A stretch of 63,391 nt of DNA, the filler included, from Thraustochytrium aureum (taxonomy: Eukaryota), in the NCBI GenBank assembly GCA_012862495.1. It is 7 parts of 6 records of this genome, joined end to end, with 100 filler letters (N's around TTAATTAATTAA, not from the genome) between each part and the next. Parts side by side here need not be neighbours in the genome. Positions count along the whole stretch, not along the records: positions 57,829 to 60,534 come from BLSG01000228.1; positions 60,635 to 63,391 come from BLSG01000232.1; 5 more parts are not named here. One strand, given 5' to 3'. Below are positions 57,829 to 63,391 of the stretch, in pieces; position 1 is the first letter of the stretch, and the number at the start of each line of letters is the position of its first letter. Under the pieces are notes generated by a model. It had not been told where the DNA came from. It worked only from the letters and a program-made list of their open reading frames with translations, and made no database searches. The position numbers were made by a program, and so were the translations under genes.

Positions 57829-59089
57829 AGCCGCTCGCGTCGGCCGCGCCAGAACAAGCGCCAGGCGGCGCCGCTGCGGCCCCTGCGGGATGCACACCAA
57901 ATCCTTTCACAACACCAGCCCCGGCGCTTCTGCCGCCACCCGGCCCAGGGCCGGGGCCCTTGCTGGCGCTGGCGCCGCGAACGCAAGCAAGTGGTGGGCC
58001 CCTCACCGCCGAGCAGATCGCGCTGATCACGGCACAAGAGTCCAAGGTGCCGACGCAGCACTTTTTCGCCGCTCAACGCGGCAGGCGCGGCCGCCCGCGG
58101 GCCGGGGGTGACGGGCCGAGAAAGCGCCAGCGATTCAACGTGGCGCCGCGCGGCGACTGCTGGTACTGCCTCGCCTCCCCCTCGTGCGAGGCTCACCTCG
58201 TCGTCAGCGCGTACGAGGACACGTACATCTCGCTGCCCAAGGGCGGGCTCAGCGCGCAGCACTGCCAGGTGATCCCCGTCAGCCACGAGCCCTACCTCGC
58301 AGCCTTAGAAGGCGAGGTGCTAGAACAGGTGGTCAGGTTCAAGGCCTCGCTAGAGGCCTACTTTGCCTCCTTTGACTGCGTGGCGGTCTTTTTCGAGCGG
58401 AGCCTCGTCTTCGAAAAGGCGCTGCAACGCCATGCCTTCTTGGAAGCCATCCCGATCCCCAAGTCTTCGCTGGGCGCTGTGCAGGGCGTGATCGCTGCGC
58501 AGGCCAAGCGGTGCGGCTTTTCGTTTGACACCGAGCTCGCTCGCGGCGACGAGGCGCAGATGGGGGCGATCCCCGAGGCTGCGCGGGGCGACGGCCTGGC
58601 CTGGCTCAAGGCGCTCGTGGACGCCAAGCCAACAGACGGGCAGGAGGAGGAGTATTTTTTACTTGGAGGTTACTGGGGGCGGGTTTGCGCCGCATGTTTT
58701 TCGGCTCCCTGCAGGGCTGGACATGGACGCGCGGCTGCGGCTGCCCTTGCACTTTGCCAGAATGGTCGNNNNNNNNNNNNNNNNNNNNNNNNNNNNNNNN
58801 NNNNNNNNNNNNNNNNNNNNNNNNNNNNNNNNNNNNNNNNNNNNNNNNNNNNNNNNNNNNNNNNNNNNNNNNNNNNNNNNNNNNNNNNNNNNNNNNNNNN
58901 NNNNNNNNNNNNNNNNNNNNNNNNNNNNNNNNNNNNNNNNNNNNNNNNNNNNNNNNNNNNNNNNNNNNNNNNNNNNNNNNNNNNNNNNNNNNNNNNNNNN
59001 NNNNNNNNNNNNNNNNNNNNNNNNNNNNNNNNNNNNNNNNNNNNNNNGACTTTAAGGACGGCTACGACCGGTTTGACCCGTTCAGCTAG
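57829..59089 (+). CDS. CWF19L1: CWF19-like protein 1 (CwfJ C-terminal domains), 5'-partial, gap 58769-59047
   Basis: CWYCLASP..EAHLVVS....YISLPKGGL...HCQVIPVSH, VFFER, HAFLEAIPIP, LHFARMV, terminal FK..YDRFDPF. Confidence 0.85.
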
Positions 59090-59318
59090 CGAGAGTCTGT
59101 CCGAACAGCAGAAGCGGCCGGGTTGTCGGGCGCGCGCGCCGCGCAGCTGCCCCTGCCCGGCCCGGCCCTGCCCTCTGGTTTCAAGATCCCTCGCAAGGCT
59201 GTAAAGCGGGCAGCCCTGCCCCCACCTGCTGGATAATCTGTAAAAAGCAAACCGTGAGTATCTGTACAGGAATCTGTGAAAGGGCGGCGTCGACAGCAAG
59301 CAGGCGCGAGCCCGCCAC

Positions 59319-60302
59319 TCATGGACCCGTGCGGAAAAGCAGGTGAAAGGATGCCACGACGCATCGGTAGCACTTGCCATCCCGGTTGTCCGTGGGGGTT
59401 TTAGGAGCGTAAAACGGCGTGTCGCGAGGAACGAGCCGATTGAACGCGGTTCCACAGACGCACCCGATGAGCCAGATGCCGAGGATTGCGAGCGTCAGGC
59501 GCCGGATCGTGTTGAAGAAGACTTGCGGCACGCCGTTCTTGTCCGTCTCCGTCTTGCACACCTCGTAGCCGAGAACGAGGACGAGGCTGTAGATGAGAAA
59601 GAACACGACGAAAAAGTTGCACGTCCGCACCACCATTGGAGCGTTCTTCGCGATGAAGCCCATGGCGCTCTCGAACTTCGAGAGGCGCCGAAAGTCGTCG
59701 TCCCACTTGTCTGCGTAGATAAAGTAGCCCCAAGAAATGAGCGCAGAAGCAAGGCCCATCAGCAGGAAGAACACCGCAAAGGCGTACAGCACGCTCACGA
59801 CCGTGCCGCGGAGGAGGGCTGGCGGCTCGGCCAAGATCTTGCAGCTGTCCGTGAGATCCGACAGGCCAACCTGCTTGAACCCCTCCACCCCGGGGGTCGT
59901 GCACAACGAGAACGTGTCGCACGGCTGGAACACCGAGACGGAGGACGGGGTTTCGCTGTTGCAAATGTAGCACGAGCCCTGGATCGCCGACACCTCGTTG
60001 AAGCGGTTGAGCGAGAGTTGCGTGCGCGCCTCGCCCGAGCTCGCCTGCCAGGCGTTAAACGCAGCAGACGAAGGGAATCCGTAGGCTGCCGCCTCCCCGT
60101 TCAGAGGGTCCGTCACATCATAGCACGCGCAAGCACTGTACTGCAGCTCGCCATCCGCGCCGTCCTCAATCAGCAGCGGGCACACCTGCGTGCACTCCGC
60201 CGAGTGGCTGCCCACCTCCACGAACGCCGCAATCGATATCGCCAGGTACAGCAGCGCGCAGACCACGTAGTACCAGGCATAATTCCTCGACCCAGACCCC
60301 AT
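59319..60302 (-). CDS. Four-TM membrane protein with a large Cys-rich first extracellular loop
   Basis: TM1 WYYVVCALLYLAISIAAFV, then about 140 aa with multiple Cys, then three further hydrophobic segments. Confidence 0.65.
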   Translation of the reverse strand: MGSGSRNYAWYYVVCALLYLAISIAAFVEVGSHSAECTQVCPLLIEDGADGELQYSACACYDVTDPLNGEAAAYGFPSSAAFNAWQASSGEARTQLSLNRFNEVSAIQGSCYICNSETPSSVSVFQPCDTFSLCTTPGVEGFKQVGLSDLTDSCKILAEPPALLRGTVVSVLYAFAVFFLLMGLASALISWGYFIYADKWDDDFRRLSKFESAMGFIAKNAPMVVRTCNFFVVFFLIYSLVLVLGYEVCKTETDKNGVPQVFFNTIRRLTLAILGIWLIGCVCGTAFNRLVPRDTPFYAPKTPTDNRDGKCYRCVVASFHLLFRTGP

Positions 60303-60534
60303 CTTCGCCGGCGCGCCCGTCCCAGGCTGCCGCCAAGCCGCGCACGAACGCCGCGGGGAATCGGGGAGCTCAGCCGTGCAAAATATGCACGTTTCGGCGC
60401 TCGCCCGGGCCGCACCCACTCGCGCGCCCAACGCCCAGCAGCGACGCCGCGCCCGTTGCGCCTCTGCCCTGTGCGGTGCGGGTCTCTTCGTCGTCTTTCC
60501 GCTATTCATGGTCCTTGCCTTTGTTCTGCGATAT

Positions 60535-60633
60535 NNNNNNNNNNNNNNNNNNNNNNNNNNNNNNNNNNNNNNNNNNNNTTAATTAATTAANNNNNNNNNN
60601 NNNNNNNNNNNNNNNNNNNNNNNNNNNNNNNNN
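60535..60633. other. Artificial scaffold-joining spacer
   Basis: TTAATTAATTAA at 60579-60590 within N runs. Confidence 0.97.
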
Positions 60634-61276
60634 NCGGCGGGCTGTCGATCGATATCGGTCTCGATCGCTCGGACAGCGGCCGCTCGGGGCCGCCAAGAGC
60701 AGGCCTGCGCGTGCGGGCTGCTTTCGCGTTTCTTCGCGCATCGGACGGCTTGGCCTCGTTGGTTTCGACGGAGGCGTGGCGCCGCGTTCTGGCTCCCGAG
60801 TCCGAGCATGCCGGCCACGACACGGAGAAGGCAGCTAGCTGGCTACGGCACGGAGAAGCAGCTGGCTGGCATCGATCCCTCTCCCTCTACTCGCTGGAGC
60901 TCCATGCTTGGCCAACGCTCGCCTGGCCGCTGGCCTCGACAGTGAAACCCCCGCTGATGGCAGGTTGCCACGACGCTGGTGGAGGGAAAGCAAGCATGCC
61001 ACGGAGCTGGCCAATGGCGCGTTTTCCCGCGGCCGCGCGCCTCGACACTGGCGGGTCGCCACGATGCTGCGCGACTCGGAGTCTCGCTCGCCAGCGGCGT
61101 CGGCCAACTTGGCAACGATCGACTCGTTGCTCGTCCGGCCGCGCGAGGAACGGTTTTTTGCGGAAGATCTTGCATCACTCGTCGTCGCAGCATTCACCTC
61201 GCAGGCAGTCTGGCAGAGCTCATCAGACGGACGAGGGAGGGCTTGGCAGCACACTGCGGAGCGCGTTGAGCGGTGA
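60634..61276 (+). CDS. Possible 3' fragment of a hypothetical protein (frameshift near 60900)
   Basis: Protein-like overlapping ORFs running from the scaffold edge. No family recognised. Confidence 0.3.
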
Positions 61277-61338
61277 CTGCGGCGCCGTGCGGGGACCTGG
61301 GACGTCACTGAAGGGGCCGGCGTCGAGCTGCTGGGAGG

Positions 61339-62156
61339 ATGGGCAACGTCCTGCAGGCTTGCCTTGGTGAGGAGGAGGACTACGTGCCGACGAGCGGGAA
61401 TGTGGTCAAGAAGACCAGGCAGCCGCCGCTAGAGTCGGAACGGCTGCAGGGCGCCGCGGCTGGACGGGGGGCTGAACGCACGGAAGCTAGTGGTACCGGG
61501 GCGTCGGGGGGCGATGGGGCTGGCCTAGCGGACGGGGCAGGCGACCTCGCTCTCGATGGCCCTGCTCCAGCGCCTGCGGCAGCCAAGACGGAGGACGCCG
61601 CTCCCAAAGCGGAGTCCAAGACGGAGGTCGCCGCTCCCAAAGCGGAGGCCAAGACGGAGTCCAAGTCGAAGGACGCCGCTCCCAAAGCGGAGTCCGAGTC
61701 GAAGGACGCCGCTCCAAAGACGGAGGCCAAGACGGAGGTCGCCGCCCCCAAAGCGAGGCCAAGTCGGAGGAAGCTCCCCTAGCAGTGGACGCACCTGCCC
61801 TCAATGAGGTGGAGAGCGAGGCACCAAAAGCAGTTGAGCCCACCCCCAGTGCCGCCCCCGCGTCGAATGGCCCGGCTCCAGTCAAGAAAGATGCCCCGAG
61901 TGCCGTGCCTGCGCCCGTGGAGAGCGCGACGCCCGAGCCCAGTGGCACCAAGGCCGCTGAGCCAGCGAGCACGCAAAAGGTCGCGGACGCTCAAGCGCCG
62001 AGCAGCGACAACAAGGCTGCACAAGGCACTGCGCCGACAGAAACGGCCAGCAGCGATGCGGCGGGGGTATCAGCGGCCGGCGAAGACGGCAGCGCCGCGG
62101 GGCCAGTGTCAAAGTCCAAGAAGCGGCGCAACAGGAAGAAGAAGTCCACCAAGTGA
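61339..62156 (+). CDS. N-acylated hydrophilic low-complexity protein with AAPK(A/T)E repeats (frameshift near 61750)
   Basis: MGNVLQAC (Gly2 plus nearby Cys). Five AAPK repeats at 61590-61755. Basic tail KSKKRRNRKKKSTK. Confidence 0.7.
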
Positions 62157-62204
62157 ACACGCACAAAACCAACAACGTATTACCCCCTCTATTCTCCTCA
62201 TCAA

Positions 62205-63391
62205 TCAATCGCTGTCAGAGTCCGAGTCAAACGTAATCCGCTTGCCTTGAAATGCTGCCGAGTTCATCTTGGCAGCAAGCTCCTTCTGCCTGCGCTTGGC
62301 TTCCCACGAGGGGTGCAGTGACTCTGGCTCTGGTTGGGCCGGCTTTGCGGCAGCGCGCCTCGTCTGCGCCGCCGGTGCAACGCTGGCCTTGCCTAAAGTC
62401 TTTTCAGCCACATTGCCGCCTGTGTTGGAGGGGGCTGCCTCCGTCCGAGCGCGCTTCTCGGCTGGCTTGCTGCCTGCTCTTGCGTCGGCTGCAGCCACAG
62501 CGGCGCCCTTCTCCGCAGGCTTGCGCTCGCTCGTGGCGGCCGCGGCCTCTGCCTGCGACTCTCTCCGCGCCAACTCCTTCTCCTTCTGTAGCGCGAGCCT
62601 CTGTCGCTCGCGTTGGCCAGTGCGGTTGCGCTTGCCAGCCACCGTCGCGAGCTCCAAGTGAGCGTGCGGGTCGGTTGGGTCGATCCCTCTGCTCTGAACC
62701 TTGTCCTCGAAAACGGCAGCGTGGCGCTTTTTCCAGTGTGCTGCGCGGGCCTCGGTCGTCGCGAACCTAGCGCCACAAGAGCCGATGCCACACGGGAGCT
62801 TCTTCTCCTGCCTTTTGGCAGCCGGCCTATTGCCGTCGTCGCCAGGGGTGGCGGGGTCTGTGGCCTCGGCCCCATCCTCTGGCCGTTTGCGCTTCTTCTT
62901 GTCGCGCTTCTCGCGGATGCGCACCTGGTCGGCCTCCTCCTCGAGCCGCCGCACAGCAGCGAGCACACCCTTGGCGCGCGGAATGCGCTCTTCGACGCCC
63001 TTGGCAAAGTCTCGCTCCGCCTCGTTCTCGGCGGCGACCGCTTGGCTGTCTTCGCCAGATGCCTCCCCGGCGGCGGCGCTCGACCACTCTCGCAAGAGCT
63101 TCTTGGGGACCGCTACATCGACGCTCTCGACGATTTTGAGCGCGATCGCGTGGTAGTCTACGCCTCGCACGAGCCGCAAGCGCCGCTCGAGCTCGGCGAC
63201 GCTCAGAACGCGCTGCTTGCCCTTCTTTGCGCTCCCCTCCCCAGCGCGCTCCGAGTCACCGCCGCCTTCCGCCGGTCCTGCTCCGTCAAATCCTTGCCAG
63301 CAACCATGTCCTTGTGCGCCTTCTTGAGCCTCCGCACGACGCGCTGGACCTCGAAAGCCTTGGCCTTCTTGCACTCGGCGCTCACGTCGCG
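62205..63391 (-). CDS. BUD22/SRFBP1-family nucleolar protein, 5'-partial, frameshift near 63230
   Basis: KKAKAFEVQRVVRRLK N-terminal motif, KRNRTGQRERQ, and C-terminal LHPSWEAK...FQGKRITFD. Confidence 0.8.
   Translation of the reverse strand, partial: RRERRVQEGQGFRGPARRAEAQEGAQGHGCWQGFDGAGPAEGGGDSERAGEGSAKKGKQRVLSVAELERRLRLVRGVDYHAIALKIVESVDVAVPKKLLREWSSAAAGEASGEDSQAVAAENEAERDFAKGVEERIPRAKGVLAAVRRLEEEADQVRIREKRDKKKRKRPEDGAEATDPATPGDDGNRPAAKRQEKKLPCGIGSCGARFATTEARAAHWKKRHAAVFEDKVQSRGIDPTDPHAHLELATVAGKRNRTGQRERQRLALQKEKELARRESQAEAAAATSERKPAEKGAAVAAADARAGSKPAEKRARTEAAPSNTGGNVAEKTLGKASVAPAAQTRRAAAKPAQPEPESLHPSWEAKRRQKELAAKMNSAAFQGKRITFDSDSDSD

Overview
Eukaryotic, GC-rich, compact and intron-poor genomic DNA. 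The gene style (PT/SPT-linker secreted proteins, EGF-7TM protein, GCCT/CCAG microsatellites) suggests a stramenopile such as a thraustochytrid/labyrinthulomycete; this is inference only. The window is not one locus. Six artificial 100-nt spacers (N44-TTAATTAATTAA-N44) join seven scaffolds, there are many N gaps, and about 20 single-base frameshifts, mostly in homopolymers, look like sequencing errors. About 28 protein-coding genes or fragments are recognisable: CysRS, an NHL/mucin/Cys-repeat secreted protein, a CM1 coiled-coil protein, a giant TRP channel, a NEK-RCC1-CAP-Gly kinase, ankyrin proteins, Gep4-type phosphatase, shikimate dehydrogenase, EGF-7TM, a mitochondrial carrier, SAYSD1, PP2C, an MDR oxidoreductase, a Cu-ATPase tail, a C2H2 transcription factor, an HSL-fold protein, gamma-glutamyl hydrolase, a GDH-like protein, a sugar porter, TrmB, a DSP phosphatase, a GAF protein, CWF19L1 and BUD22. 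Two spliceosomal introns can be placed. The standout is a ~2400-aa TRP-type channel that begins with a catalytically dead nicotinamidase (PncA)-like domain, followed by ankyrin repeats, a Zn finger and WD40 repeats: a candidate nicotinamide/NAD-metabolite-sensing channel. Other notable items are a NEK kinase whose 7-blade RCC1 propeller is split by a ~830-aa CAP-Gly/NPF insert, two more pseudoenzymes (GDH-like and HSL-like), and a phased array of CGTCAC motifs. No rRNA, tRNA, CRISPR array or mobile element was recognised.
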